Translations under genes and position numbers: made by a program | Shown here: in pieces, positions 14,760-28,858 of the stretch | Position numbering within the stretch: the stretch's first letter is position 1 | How the letters are laid out: the number at the start of each line of letters is the position of its first letter | The notes under the pieces: generated by a model | Told to the model about the DNA's origin: nothing | The model's database searches: none | The model's input: the letters and a program-made list of their open reading frames with translations, nothing else | Assembly (NCBI RefSeq): GCF_009914755.1 | Contig: NC_060937.1 | DNA: 64,000 nt | Source: the human T2T-CHM13v2.0 reference genome, Homo sapiens | Reading direction: 5' to 3' (one strand)

Positions 14760-15734
14760 TTTTTTTTTTGTTTGACATGTCTAATCCTGATATTTTTGTA
14801 TTCTTTGATGGATCAGCCTTCTGCTCAAATATTTCAAGGCAATGGAGAAGATCTTTACAATGTACAAAGATTCATGTATTTCACTAAGAGTATCAGGCTA
14901 CAGTCTTCAGTAGGAGGATTAGTCCAAAACAACCAAGTCAGCATCCTCAGAAGCTGCTCCTCTTGTCATGTGTCTTGAGAATTTTTGTTGTGATCTCATA
15001 TTTGTTGCGATTCTATGTGTGAAACTTCTGTGAGGACACCATGAGTGGTTCATTTCTCTAGATGACTTGCATTTTCTAAGTGCCTGGGGGTGTGATTTCC
15101 AGTTTGAGCATTTTAGAAATCTATTAATTTAAAAGTAATATTTTTATTATTTGTGAATAAATTTTAGTTTGTTGCTTTTCAGTCAGAGAATGTGGCCAAT
15201 AAAAATGTTATTTTGAAACTTCTTAATTTTCACTGTAGTCAGGTAAATGGTTTATTTGCAACTGTCTGATAGACATAGTGAAGAATGTGCATCTTTGTCC
15301 GTAGGGCAGAAAATTATCTACATACCTAATTTTAAATCAGATTTATTGATCATATTATTTGAAATATCTTTACTCTTGTTTAATGTTCATTGATTTAAGT
15401 GTATTATAGTTTCTGGTATGATTTTGGATGTTATAAGGTCTCTGTATTTCTAGTTTTTATTTGTTTTGCTTTATGTATTTAACTGCTATTTGGAGACATT
15501 GAAATTTGTTAATTTATTGTAATTTATTATAGATTATGCCTTTTATCTTTTCCCCATACAATGCTTTATGCCTCAAACTCTTCTTTATCTAGTATTATGT
15601 TATAGCAGCTTTTTTTTCTATTTTGCTTAAAATGTCTTAGTATATTTCATTATTTTCTACATTTCTTTACTATTCTATTTTAGTTGAATTTATTTTTAAA
15701 CAACACATAGCTAGAATGTGTAAGCATTCTGTTG

Positions 15735-15910
15735 TTTTTTTGTTTTGTTTTGTTTTTGTTTGTTTGTTTGTTTTGAGACAGGATCTAGCTCTGTTGCCCA
15801 GTGGTGCGATCATGGCTCACTGTGGCCTCAAACTCCTGGGCTCAAGTGATCTTCCTGCCTCAGCCTCCTGAATAGCTAGGACTGCAGGCGCATGTCACCA
15901 TGCCTAGCTA
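15735..15910 (-). mobile_element. Alu right monomer (FRAM/AluJ fragment)
   Basis: Single arm ttttgagacagg…ccatgcctagcta with (TTTG)n tail. Confidence 0.85.
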
Positions 15911-16850
15911 TGAAGTTGCTTGTCCTTTTATATAAGAAAGCATCTCTTCACTTTCATTGTGATACTTAGTATCTTTTATTTTTCCATTTTACTTTATGTT
16001 GATAATTATTTTGTTGTTTCTTCTTACTTTTTTTCCTAATTTGCTGTATTATTTTAAATTTCCACTCTAATTCTAGAAATTAGGAAATTCTCTCTCTTAG
16101 CTAGTAGTTTCCTAACTTTTAAGTCACAAAATCATAGATATGTGGTAATAAATTTAAAGTAATCGTCCCCATATCAAGATATTTATTAATCTGCTCTGGA
16201 ACCAACTTTGTTGAGACTTATTTAAAACTGAACTCTTAACCTAAGTATTTATTCAGTATATATTAGCAAGTGCTTACTTCTGGGAATACACATAGGATTT
16301 CATACAGAGACATGCAGTCTTTCTTTTCTGTTAGGGAATTATTACTTACCTCACATTACAATTCACAGCCACATGACCACCATCCTTTAGACTTCACTAT
16401 GTGTTTTACAGGACTGCTCACTGCGGTTTCTTGTATTCTTCATCTTCTCCTGTCCTGAGATCTAGGTTATCCTTAAATTCGGTTTGGTTGGAATATATAA
16501 ATAAGAGTGTTTCCTTAAAGAGAGTGGGCCATAGCATTTTTAGTAATGGCTTTCTTCTGTTCTCACATTTAAATGACATTGTGATTCATCTCAAAATTTT
16601 GTAAATCTTTACTGTTTTCCAGTTTCCATTCTGTAGTGAGACTGATGCTAGTCTCATTCTCCTCTTTATGTAACAGCCCTTTCTTTGCACGGGGAAGTTT
16701 ATGAAACTTTATCTTACCGGACTTCAGAAGACTCACTTGGATGAGATTGATTTCTTTGTCATTGTTATTACAACTTCCTGGTGTTAGCTGAACCAAAAGC
16801 AAGGTCTCGTTCAGCACAGGGAAGTTTCATCTATTATTATTATTTGTTGA

Positions 16851-17202
<352 letters not shown>

Positions 17203-19225
17203 ATTAGTTTTTTTCTTAAATGCACACCTATGTCTTCCATGTCTTTTGTCTTTTCATCTATGGTTCCCATATTTTTGCATCTATGCTCTGGGTTGTGAGC
17301 TATTTCCTCCACTTGATCTTTCTGATAACCAATGTGATTTTCATCAGGAACTGCTCTCTTTTCGAGTTCATCTCTTAACTTTACATCTAGAAATTAGGCA
17401 TTTTTTTTTTAATTCCAGAAATTTTATGTTCCCTTATTTTATCTCCTGAAGACTTCTCATTACATTTTCATTAACTCTCTAGTCTGTTTTTCTATAAATT
17501 CTGTCTCAATAGGACCTAGGTAATCCAGTCATTTAGGCCTCACAGTTTATTGAAATAGTCTGTTATTTTCTTTTCCTACTCAGGCCAGTGAGTGTGGATT
17601 TCTTCAGTGAGAAATAATGCAAGTCCAGCTTGGGTCTTGCTGGGGATAAAGAACTGACAGGCCTGTTTTTTTCTTGCTCAGAGTAGGATAAAAGACATAG
17701 ATAGAACAGAAAACATGCCTGCTACTTTCCCTCCAAAAGGGCTCTCTAGTGAATCAGTTCATAAGCTAAGGCATTTGGGCTATGACGTGAAGCCCCCTCT
17801 ATTTTCAAGATTTTGCAGGTTCCTCAATCCAACCCCTTCTGTCCTCTCCAGGTCTGCTGGAAATGCTAGATCATCCCCTAAGCAGGCAGATGCAGGACTC
17901 CTTTGGAAAGATACACTCTGGCCAGCCCCTGGTACAGTAGATCCAGATGGCAGTGCATACCCAAAGACTCTGTAGACTCATAACTTATAACCTTGTCATG
18001 ACCCCCCAAAGCCTGGAAACAAATTTTGTTCATAAGGAATGTGGAAGAAAAAAAGATGACAAATAGAAGCTGTTTATTATCTTTCACTCCCAAGGCCCTA
18101 CTACAATTATAGAGGGAAAAAATTGCAAAGGCGTAAACAACAAAAACAAAAAATAAAACAGGTGATATCAAGGGCCACGTTTTTTTCATGTTTTTCAAAT
18201 GCAAAGTAGATGGGGATTGATTTAGGGATTGATTTAGCGAAGGAGAAGAGGCTGCTGCTGTTGAGAGCAGATACTGGTGAGAGGAGAGCCCATTCACCCT
18301 GCCCAAGTGGAGGCCTGGAGGGAGAAGACACGTGGCAGGGGAGGGAGGCTTTGGAGGCAGCATGAGGTTGGGTTGAGAGTTTCCATCCAGGAATCCAGGA
18401 ATGAGCAATGGAGCAGCCTGGCACCAACTTTGCAGGCTGCAGGAGGCTGATTTCTGGCCCTCTCCTGAAGGCCAATCTAGAGCAAATGGTTTGAAAATAT
18501 TATAATTACATGAAATTGAAGAAGAAACTCCCTGATGATTCAGGTGATTAAACACTAGAGTAGGCTTTCAGATAATTCAGAGGCCTGAAGTTAGAATCTT
18601 ATTCCAGTGTACTTTGCGGCATCCTTTTTGGAAACAGATGATTGGACTAGGTTCATTCATTCATTCATTTGACAAACAAAAAAAAGAAAGGCATCAGATA
18701 CCAAATCCACTTCATATCTGTGATGCCTGAAGGATTAGGGGGCATTAGGAACAGTGAGTACTGGACAGTGAACAATTATCTGATTATAAACCATTAAATA
18801 CCAAGATCCACAATATTTATTTGTTGTCTTTCATTTGCCCAGAGTGAAGCGAAATAAAGAGAAGGAGAAGTCCGTGATGTATTCATTGTGTGTAGTTTGA
18901 GCTTGTCTCTGATAGGGAACTAAAGAAATCAATTTAAAGGAATTAAATGATAACTAATAAAATTATTCAATGCAAGTAGCATTCCTGCAACCTGTTTCTC
19001 AGGGACAATCATGACAAGCTAAATACCCTACACTTTATTCAGTTCATCCGCCATCTCTCACAGGTGTCAATTTATGATGTCACCACTTATTTTTCCACCG
19101 TTGAGTTCCTCTGGCCCACCCAAGTCAGAATTCCACCCCCACCTCCTGATCACAAACTTTTCTGACAGAAGTCATCATCCCATTATTCTCTCAATTGCCA
19201 AATGCAAGGAACTTTTCTGAGCCTG

Positions 19226-19595
19226 TGTATTACTCCATTCTCACATTGCTATAAAGATACTACCTGAGACTGAGCAATTTATAAAGAAAAGAGATTTAAC
19301 TGACTCAGTTCCCCATGGCTGGGGAGATGTCAGGAAACTTACAATCATGGCAGAAGGGGAAGAGGCATGTCTTACATGATGGCAGGAGACAGAGACAGCG
19401 TGCAAGAGCAGGGAAAACTGCCTTATAAAACCATCGGATCTCATGAGAACTCACTCACTATCACGAGAACAGCATGGGGAAACCACCTCCATGATCCAAT
19501 AACCTCCCACTGGATCCCTCCCCCTTGATATGTGGCAATCCTGGGGATTACAATTCAAGATGAGATTTGGGTGGGGACACAGCCAAACCATATCA
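19226..19595 (-). mobile_element. THE1C/D-like MaLR solo LTR
   Basis: tgtattactccattctcacattgctataaag…gggtggggacacagccaaaccatatca. Confidence 0.9.
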
Positions 19596-19931
19596 GTCTC
19601 TCTCTCCTTTACTCTCTCTGTCTTTCTCTGATACATTAATCAGCCCTGATGTCTCTATGGCATAGGGTCATGTTGACAACCTGCTTTACCCTGACATTCT
19701 CCCATAGGTTAACACTTGTTGGATCTACTCTTCTGGCCCACCCTATAATGCTGGTCCTCCTTAGCTTCTTGATCTTCTTAGGCCATACCTTCATCGAGTT
19801 CCATGGTTTTGTTCCAATCCATGCGCCAACGGCATATGGATATGGCTGTGCACTGGGGCAATGCTTTTCTGCTGCACCCCGGGCCCATGTATCCAACACC
19901 TGGATGTCTCCTCTGGATCGTGCACAGGAGG

Positions 19932-20370
19932 CCATGTGGTATACAGGGAAAGAGCAGGGATTCTGGACGCAGGCTGTCTGTGTTCAAAATTGGCCGGGCA
20001 TGGTGGCACATGCCCGTAATCCCAGGAGAGGCAGGAGAATCGCTTGAACACAGGACGCAGAGGAGGAGGTGAGCCAAGATCGTGCCATTGCACTCCAGCC
20101 TGTGCAACAAGAGCGAAACTCTGTCTCAAAAAAAAAAAAAAAACCATTAAAAAAACCCACACTGCCATTTTCCTGGCTGTGAAATATCAGGCAAATTACT
20201 TAACCTCTCTGGGTTTCAGTTTCCTCTTCTGGGAACTTGAAATTAAAATGTTACCTATTCCAACTAGTTGTTAGGTGCAATTATTATATGTAAATTTATG
20301 TAAAATGCTGAGACCAACTCATGGCATATGGTATACATAAAATGTAAGCTATTGTTTTTGTTATGATTAT
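19932..20370 (+). mobile_element. MIR split by an Alu right arm
   Basis: MIR head (gtggtatacagggaaagagc…ttcaaa) resumes after the Alu (ggcaaattacttaacctctctgggtttcagtttcctc). Confidence 0.75.
19987..20143 (+). mobile_element. 5'-truncated AluS (Sp/Sq-like right monomer)
   Basis: aaattggccgggcatggtggc…caacaagagcgaaactctgtctc(A)n. Confidence 0.9.
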
Positions 20371-20419
20371 TTCAGACAAGGGATTTGAAAACAACTTTAT
20401 TTTCTCTTTATTCTTATTT

Positions 20420-21440
20420 ACCATGGTAACATCATTTGTCTCCTCGCCTTCTAAATCAGAAATATGAAAGTCATTCTTCACTCCTCTCTCTTTGGAGTCA
20501 TTAGATACAATTGACCCCATTTCTTCTATCAGCCTGCTCCTCACCATCCCCTGCGCCATTCTCATAGACTCTGTTTACGCTCTCCCCATCTGGTCTGGAA
20601 TACTGCAATAGATTCTTAACTAGTTGTGTCTTCTATTTTTTCTCTCCCTTTAAAAATCACCCTTTGCAATGAAAACCCAGTAGTAGTAAAAAAAAAAAAG
20701 AAAGAAAGAAAAAGAAAAAAGAAAATGACGATGGCAATGATGATAATACTAATACCTTGTTTTTAGACATTATTCTCATTTAATCCTTACAACAAATCGA
20801 TGACGTAGACACGCTTACTATATTGTCTTATAAAACTGAGAAAACTTAGGCTTTGAGAGGCTAAGAAACTTGCCCAAAGCACAGAGCTGAGACCTGACAG
20901 GTCTAGAATATCAATGCCAGCTGTCTGATCCCAGAACCTGCACTCCCAACCTCTGCTAACTGCAGGCCCATTCCTTCCAGCCATTCTCCAGTTACTGATT
21001 TCCTGCAGATAAAACTGTGCTTTCCACAGGGCCCTTTGTCAACTGATCCAGGAAAACTGCTCCAGATTCACATTGTAATCATATCTTCATAATCCTCACT
21101 TTGCATGTTACTCTTCAGCAATACCATACTGCATATGGTTCCCAAACACTTCATGGTGTTTTTCTCCTTCATGACTTTGCAAAAGTTCTTTTCTGTTTCT
21201 CTGTTTGTTAACCCTGAAAATAACTACTGAGAAAATGTAGCTTATATGTCACCTCTCTGGCCCTCTGATAGGCAAGCATTCCCATCTTTCTTCCATGCTT
21301 CTTTCATTAATGCATTCTATTTTTACTGGTGTATATACTACCTTTATCTACGTTAGTAGACTAAGAGCTTTTGGAGGGTGAGGACTGTGTTCTCATTGTA
21401 TTCCGGGTACAGTCTTAGAAAATATTTGTTGAATTAAATT
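20420..21440 (+). mobile_element. L2 fragments with an antisense MIR at ~20740-20960
   Basis: L2-like pyrimidine-rich body ending aaatatttgttgaat; MIR antisense core attctcatttaatccttacaac. Confidence 0.6.
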
Positions 21441-22329
21441 TATTTCAAAATAGTTGGCCTGTGTGTAGACACAGACCATGCTCAGATGGTATCTCTATTA
21501 GTCCTTCTCTTCTTACCCTTATCACACTGACCATTTAGGGCGTAAGCATCCTTCCCTGAGAGGACACTCATCTTCCGTCTTCATGTTCTGCTCTCTAATC
21601 ACCATTTTTGGTGATAACCTCTCCTATCAACCATGGCTCCATTCTGTCATTTGATAATCTCAATCCCTTTTCTGCATGGAATGAGGCTGAAGCCCACAAA
21701 CAAGCCAATGGGAGACTTGGCCTGTGGCCTCTATCATACTGCAGAAAGGCCTGGGAGGCCCAGCTGGGGCCAGGGCACCCAGGACTCATGGCTAGCTGTT
21801 GGATCAGACATGAGTAGAGTCTACCAGGCAGGTAGATACAGAAGGTGTTCAGAAGGGAGCTTGTCCAGGCACATGGATTTGGAGTTACAAGCATTCAGAT
21901 CGTAATGGAAGAAGCCAAGAAGGAAAAGAGCTTAACAAGGGGCAAGAGTCCTTAAAGGAGACTGAGTCAGGGTGGCTGGTGCAGTAGGGAACCAACAAGA
22001 AGAATGAGGAAAAAGGTCATTAGGCAGAGGTAATATCCTAATTGAACAATAAGGAGAACCAAATTCTTAGTCACCAACGTGGGGGATTCATATGTTTCTT
22101 ATGTCTCAACATTCTAATGTGATTGCTAGTAACAGAGCTATTGTGACTCATAACAGATGACCCAACAAATATCATCATTCTGGTCACAATGAAATAAACT
22201 GAAAGAAGTCTTTTTGCCTTATCTATACATTGCATGATAACCTTTGACATTCATTATTAGCAATCAATATTCTGTGTTGAGGAAGCTGAGGAAGAAATGA
22301 ACAAAAAAATTTTAAAAACCCTCAGCCCC

Positions 22330-22756
22330 TGTATTAGCGTTCTCTAGAAGGACGGAACTAAGGGAATATATATACGAGTTTCTTAAGGATTAACTCACAT
22401 GATCACAAGGTCCCACAATAGGCCATCTACAGGCTGAGGAGCAAGGAGAGCCAGACCGAGTTCCAAAACTGAACTTGGAGTCTGATGTTTGAGGGCAGGA
22501 AGCACCCAGCATAGGAGAAAGATGTAGGCTCGGAGGCTAAGCCCGTCTCTCTTTACGCATTTTTCTGCCTGCTTATATTCTGGCCACGCTGACAGTTGAT
22601 TAGATTGTGCCCACCCAGATTAAGGGTGGGTCTGCCTTTCCCAGCCCACTGACTCAAATGTTAATCTCCTTTGGCGACACTCTCACAGACACACCCAGGA
22701 TCAATGCTTTGTATTCTTCAATCCAATCAAGTTGACACTCAGCATTAACCATCACA
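22330..22756 (-). mobile_element. MLT2A1 (HERV-L) solo LTR
   Basis: Matches MLT2A1 end to end (…caatccaatcaagttgacactcagcattaaccatcaca); perfect TSD GCCCC at 22325-22329 and 22757-22761. Confidence 0.93.
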
Positions 22757-23407
22757 GCCCCTGAATTCTGCCCTTTTCTACTGCCTGCTGGTAGATTGCA
22801 CTCTCTGTGCAGGGCCTTTAAATATTCTTTATTTTCTTTTACAGACTTGCAGGATTCCGCTCAAGCCCTTCACACTCCACAATATTCCCCACTCAGTCAG
22901 CATTCTCAGTGTAGGTAAACGATACACTCAGGCAGCTATTGCAACTCTTCCAATGAGATGATGTTTTCAGATGTGTATGCACACTACATAAAGGTTTGAA
23001 ATGCAAGTTGTCAATGGTCATGTAAATGGTAATTTTAATTGTGCAAAAATTTTAGAAAGCAACTTGACAATGTATTGTCAAAGACTTTAAGATGATCATA
23101 CACTTTTTCTGAGTAACTCCACTTTTAGGACTCACATTAATCATGTTAATAATCAGAAACAATGGAAACAGGCTTAAATCACAAAGATCTTCATCACAGA
23201 ATTACTCATAATACTTAACGACAACAAAACCTTAATGTCTAAAATAGGAGAATAGCTAAGTCAAGTATAGTATCTACTACCCATGTTAATAAGGGGGTAT
23301 TATGGAGCCATAACAAATTGTGTTTCACGTCAGTTCAATTCAACAAACATGTATGGACTGCTTTAAATCTCTAGCACCACCCTAGCAGCTCAAGGCCTAC
23401 CGTTGAG

Positions 23408-23809
23408 TGTTAAATTAAGTTTAGCCTACAGCTGCCTCCTTACATATTTTAAGTCTGGCCTAAAGCTTTCTCTGTACATAGTAAACTGTAACTTAACTGA
23501 TAGTGTAAACAGGCTATAAATTTACTTGTGTGCCAATCACCAAGTTAGGGCCAACCAAAGGCAGCCAACTGTTGAAACTGGGTTCACATAAGGCAAATGT
23601 GAAACTGTTTACAATCTGACTGTTTCTGTACCTGACTTCTGTTTTCTGTAAGTCACTTTCCTATTTCTGTCCATAAATCTTCAACCATGTGGTAGCACTG
23701 GAGTCTCTCAGAGCCTACTCTGGTTCAGGGGGCTTCCCGATTCATGAATCATTCTTTGCTCAATTGAACTCTGTTAAATTTAATTTGGCTTAAGATTTTT
23801 CTTTTAACA
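23408..23809 (+). mobile_element. MER57-family ERV1 solo LTR
   Basis: tgttaaattaagtttagcct.cagctgcctccttacatattttaag…cttttaaca; TG…CA termini. Confidence 0.85.
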
Positions 23810-24039
23810 TCAGACAAATATAAATATTTGAAATAGAATGGAAGTGCCACAAAAGCATAGGGGTGACTCGGCTACCCCAGGAGGGGAAAATGGGGGAGAG
23901 GAGATGAGAACGAGTACCAAGGAATACTCAGTTTGTAACTGATGGTAGCATCCTAATTTTGTTATTTCCCTTAAACCAATAAGATTAATGCAGCAAATGG
24001 TTTACTGGGAAAAATCCAGTGTGCATAGAAAGGCTTCTA

Positions 24040-25400
24040 ATTGATTTCTGAAATAAACAACGATTAAGATGAAATCTAGGGATGAGGAGGAGTTAGCAAC
24101 AGAACAGGAGTGGGATTGGGAAGAGCGTTCAAGGTAGAAGGACTGGCCTGTGCAAAGACACAGAAGTGGATAAGAAAATGAGATGTCAGGGGCACCATAA
24201 TTAGTCAAAATGGTTGGAGCACAGAGTTTCACACAGTGTCAGTGTCAACAGCCTGAAGATGGAGGTGCACAGGGCCTAAAGCTTCCTGAAAGATATATGG
24301 AGCCTGGATTTCATTTTGAGGATTAACGGGAAAGCACTGGAAGTGTTTGTGTGAGGAACTGACCTGCATAAGTTGTTACTGGTAATAGAGGAGGAGCAGC
24401 TTTAGGGAAAAACAATGATGAGTCTGGTTTTGGCCATGTTGAGTAGAATCCACCAGACATGTAGACACAGGAGGTGTTCAGAAGAGAGTTTGGCCAGACA
24501 CAAGGATTTGGAGTTAGAAGCATTCCCATTGTAATGGAGGCCAAGAGGCAAATAAGCTTAAGTGGTGGCCAGAGTCCTCAAAGGACACTGAGCCAGGGTG
24601 GCTGGAGCAGCAGGACAAACAGGAAGAGTGTGGCATTGCAAAACACAGGAAAATGTATGTTTCAAGAAGTGGGTGACTGTGCTGAGAGTTACTACGGGAT
24701 CAAGTAAGATAAGGACTTAAGACATTCTAAGGAAATTACCAGCAAGAACATCCATGAGCCAAGCAAGAGGAGTTTTGGCAGAATGTTGAAAACAGAAGCC
24801 AAATAGCAAAATAGCAGAGTACTGTGGCATGTGGATGTCATGGAAGCAGAGGGGAGAACGCTAAGGCAGCCATGAGAAAAAAACAAAACAAAAAAAACTG
24901 TCCTGTCAATGGGGGAATTCTACTGTACTTTTTTTTTCCTTTCAGATTGACAATGCTGGTATTCAGTGATTGGGTGCTGATGGAAATGATCTATTAAGGA
25001 AAGTGGAGGGTTAAGGGTCAAGGTGAGAGAAGAGAGAAGGCATAATTGATATAATGAGGTTCTTTGGGGTGTTGGAAAGGAAAGGGATGCAGAAACTTAG
25101 TTGGAGAAAGAATCTCTGTATTGGAATTTTACTCTGAAGGAAACGATGGGGTGGATGGAGAGCATGTAGTTTGTAGGTTTGGAATTTGGAAGCTGGGGAT
25201 AAATCCGTCTTGTGGCTTTTATTTCCAATAAGAGGTAGAAGTCATAGGCATCTGCCAAGAGTGTGTAAGAGGAGGTGGGGAAGGAGACTGAGGGAAAAAG
25301 AGAAGGTTTGCAGTTGCTGTTTTGCAAATTGGATTAATTAGGAGCAGAGGAGAAGGCAGAGTTGCCCAAATCATGATGTCCATCAGTATAGTTGTGTGAC
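24040..25400 (-). mobile_element. L2 (decayed, long)
   Basis: Purine-rich antisense L2 motifs (gagtctggttttggccatgttgag, ggatttggagtt). Confidence 0.65.
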
Positions 25401-26594
25401 TTTTTCCCAGCAGAGCCAACTATTTCTCAGTTTTTCACTCTGAAATATGCATATTTAAGCAAATTCAATAAACTTTATTCCAACTACCCAAATGCAACTT
25501 TTGAAGGATTTATTTACCATAGGGAAATCCAAGCTCTCCAGGAAACTTCATTTCTTGTTTTCCTAGATGGTGGAGAAGCATGGTAGAAGCTCTGGTAGGA
25601 AAAAGAAGGGCATAGCAGGGAAAAAAAAGTCCAGTACATCACAATCGGTTTACATTCATTAAACATTACATAATGCTTTTTCAGTTCAAAAGGTATTGTA
25701 AAATATATTAATTCACCCCATCCTCCCAATAATTTGCTCAAAGTCAAAAACCAAGAGGGACCATGTTAAGACCAGGCTATCCTCCAGATTTTCTGAACTT
25801 AGAGTACCTCTCTTTTTAGGATTCCATAGACCCCTCTGTTGACATGGTAACTGTAGGAAGAATGTATAGCATCTGACCCAAGGATTATTCTACAGTGAAG
25901 GTCCAGGATCCTTCCTTATAGATACTTGCAAGCCTATTCTAAACACATACACACACCTTGTGTTCAACAACAACTAAAGGCAAGTGCTCTGTGGTTGATT
26001 TGCAGACTCAATTGACTGTTTGGCTCAATGTCAAGAAGAAGAAAATTGTTTCCTGCCTTTTCTGGAATAAGTGATTTCTTGACCTAGAGAGTTATAGTAA
26101 TAGGAAACGTATATGTTACAAAGAACCTATGCCCAGTTAAACAAGCCCTTTTCAGCAAGCTGTCAGCTGGTATGAGTCACTTACATAGGTTTACTACAAG
26201 CCCTCTTACTCCCCTTATGAGTAAGTAACATCCTTAATCACTTTCTGAATTTTATCACAAGATACTCATTTTTGTTGAGTAGTTGGAATTTCTCGTACTA
26301 CCATGAGGAAACTGAGACTTCCAATCCAAGATGAGGTCATTGGTTGATTGTTGTCTTATCTTCCACAGTTTTTGTCATTATTGCCATTGTTGTCATTGCA
26401 GTTATCAACATCATCATCATCATTTCCCATGATTACTACCAAAATGCAGAGACTATTTTGAAGCAATATCTCTGTCTTCCTTGAGGATAAATGTTAGATA
26501 TACTGGAACTTCACAAGCATTTAATATTTGATGCCTAGCAGCTACATGGAAGAAACTCAAATATACATGCTTTGTTTCCATTACAAATTTTGTT

Positions 26595-26800
26595 TTTGAA
26601 GCAGGCATAGGTTTTAGAGTCAGGCAGACATAGAGTCAAATTCTAGTTACATAACTTACTGGTTGTATGAACTTATTTAAGTTACTTAATCTCTTTGAGC
26701 CTTGGTGTTCCCTTGTAAAACAGGGAAAATATCTCCTTTTCAGAGTTTTGAGAGGATTAAAAGATATACTGTAAGTGAAGCACATAATAGACTTTTGATA
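26595..26800 (+). mobile_element. MIR
   Basis: gagtcaggcagac…aagttacttaatctctttgagccttggtgttcccttgtaaaa. Confidence 0.75.
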
Positions 26801-27369
26801 TTGGTTTCCAGCCCTCCTCCTCTTGAACCGGTTTCCCACTTCCTAGAATTATAAGTAGTCCTCCACAAAATCTTACTTACAAATTAAAATATTTGCTGAG
26901 AAAAATAACTTTGCAGGTGTCAATGTTATTTTTATTTTGTCCTGTGAAGACATGACAGGACCAGACAATCTTTCCCCAAAGCCTAATTAGAGTTTCTCCA
27001 TTACTATATTTGTGTTTGTTTTTGCTTCCTTTGTTCAAATTAGGTTTTTAGGCAACCAAAATGAAACGCTCACCAAAAGTCATCCTTTGTAGCAGTAGCG
27101 ACACAAATTACATTGTTCTCTAGGGTTTAAAACGCCCAGCCATTAAACTTAACTATGTGAGCTTGGCAAATCATTTCAAAAGCAAAGCAGCTGTTTCCCT
27201 TTTGCTCCTTTTTTTGAAGCCTTGCTCAACGACTTAAAGATGTACACACTCCCATCGTAGACCCAGGGAAAACCCATGAAGTACTGTGAATTCCAGCATG
27301 AAGGCTACAACAATAAAAAGAGAATGAGGTGTTTGATTTTATTTTCGAGCAATTGCATGGTTTCTAGTT

Positions 27370-27600
27370 GTTAAACAATATAGTGCTTACAATGTGTCAG
27401 GCACTATTCCAAGTACTTTATGAATAATAATTTGTTTAATCCTCATAAGGTATGTGCTATTATTATTCCCACTTTGCAGATGGAGACTCCGGCATAGAAT
27501 ATTTAACAGCTTGCTCAAGATCGTCCATCTCCTAATGGGCAGAGCTAGGTTCTGGATTCAGACAGCCTGGCTCCACGATCCAAGTTTTAAGTAGGTTCTT
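27370..27600 (-). mobile_element. MIR
   Basis: gtgcttacaatgtgtcaggcact…tttaatcctcataa…cccactttgcagatggag. Confidence 0.75.
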
Positions 27601-28695
27601 CCACCTCTCATTGACTTATTCTATTTATTTCATTTATTTCTAATCATTTACTTTATTTCTAATCATTTATGTTGTGTCCCTCCACTGTTTCTGCTCATCA
27701 CTGCAAAGTCTTTGTTTTCATTACCCCCTTGTGACTACCTCTCTGCGCCAACAAAGATGCCATCCCCTAAGTGGTCACCATCATTGGAGCTGCCCACAGG
27801 TGTGTCTCTCCATAGGGTAGGGGAACCAGTAGGAAATTCGACTCCAGTCACTAATTCACAAGATGGCCTGCAGCTCAGATTAAGGGCAGGGTAGCTACCG
27901 CTGGAAGAGGCTTGGCAAAGAGACCACAGCCACGAGCCCATTTTGTGCCTTTCACAGTGATCATCTTCTCAGGTCTCTGTGCTGAGTCCTTTCTCCCTGT
28001 GACACTCTCAACTCTCAAATTTGTTCAATGTATAAATGAATATGGGAATCTGTCACTACTGCTCCTGGCCAGCACAGGGCCCTTGGGTGAATTAGAAGTT
28101 ATCCTCGGGCACCTGGCTAGTGACAGTGTATGGATGTGGTCTGTGGGCAAAGAGGATACTCACTTTGGGTCAAAAATAACTTCAGAGATCACCTAGTGGT
28201 CCAAGCCCAATCACTAGTTCCTTTAAGTGCAATAGTTCAATCCAACAAAACACTGCCTGAGCATCTTCTGAAGACCAGGAAGTATGCTAAGTACAGGGGA
28301 GATGAAGAGAATTGTGGAAGGCCACCTATAATAAATCAATGACAGAGTTATGCCTGGTCCCTTAGAGTCAAGAAAGGAAGGTCACCATTCTCAGTGGGGT
28401 CTTTCTTAGAGAGGGTACCTGAGCATACTGCTTGGAACATTATACGTACTTAATAAATACATATAGAGTGAAAAATGAATGCATGTCTTAAAGAGCAAGC
28501 ATTAATGAGACATAAAAGAAGAAATATATTCCAGACAAAGAGAATAGCACAGGAGAAGCCCAGAGACAGGAAACAGCTTTGTGTCTCTGGGGAATTTCAG
28601 TTCAAATCCCAAGGAAGGAAATGGCAGGAGTTGGAGTGAGAGTCAGGAGAGAAATCTTATTCCAGTGTAAGAGGCTCGAGCCTCATCCAGCAAGT

Positions 28696-28858
28696 CAGTG
28701 CTTCTCCAACTCCAGTATGTATACAAATGTAAACAAATTACTTCAAGATGTGATTGTGATTCAGGAGGTCTGGGCTAGGACCTGAGTTTCTCTGGCTCCA
28801 GCAAGCTCTCAGGTGACGCTGTTGCAGCTGGTCCATGGACCATACATTGAGTGGTAAG
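28696..28858. mobile_element. MER5-family hAT-Charlie element within an L2 fragment
   Basis: cagtgcttctccaact…gattcaggaggtctgggct…gctggtccatggaccatac. Confidence 0.7.

Noticed and set aside
17878-18555. 225-aa minus-strand ORF
   Set aside because: No recognisable homology or domain; low-complexity stretches come from A-rich and duplicated DNA; likely chance.
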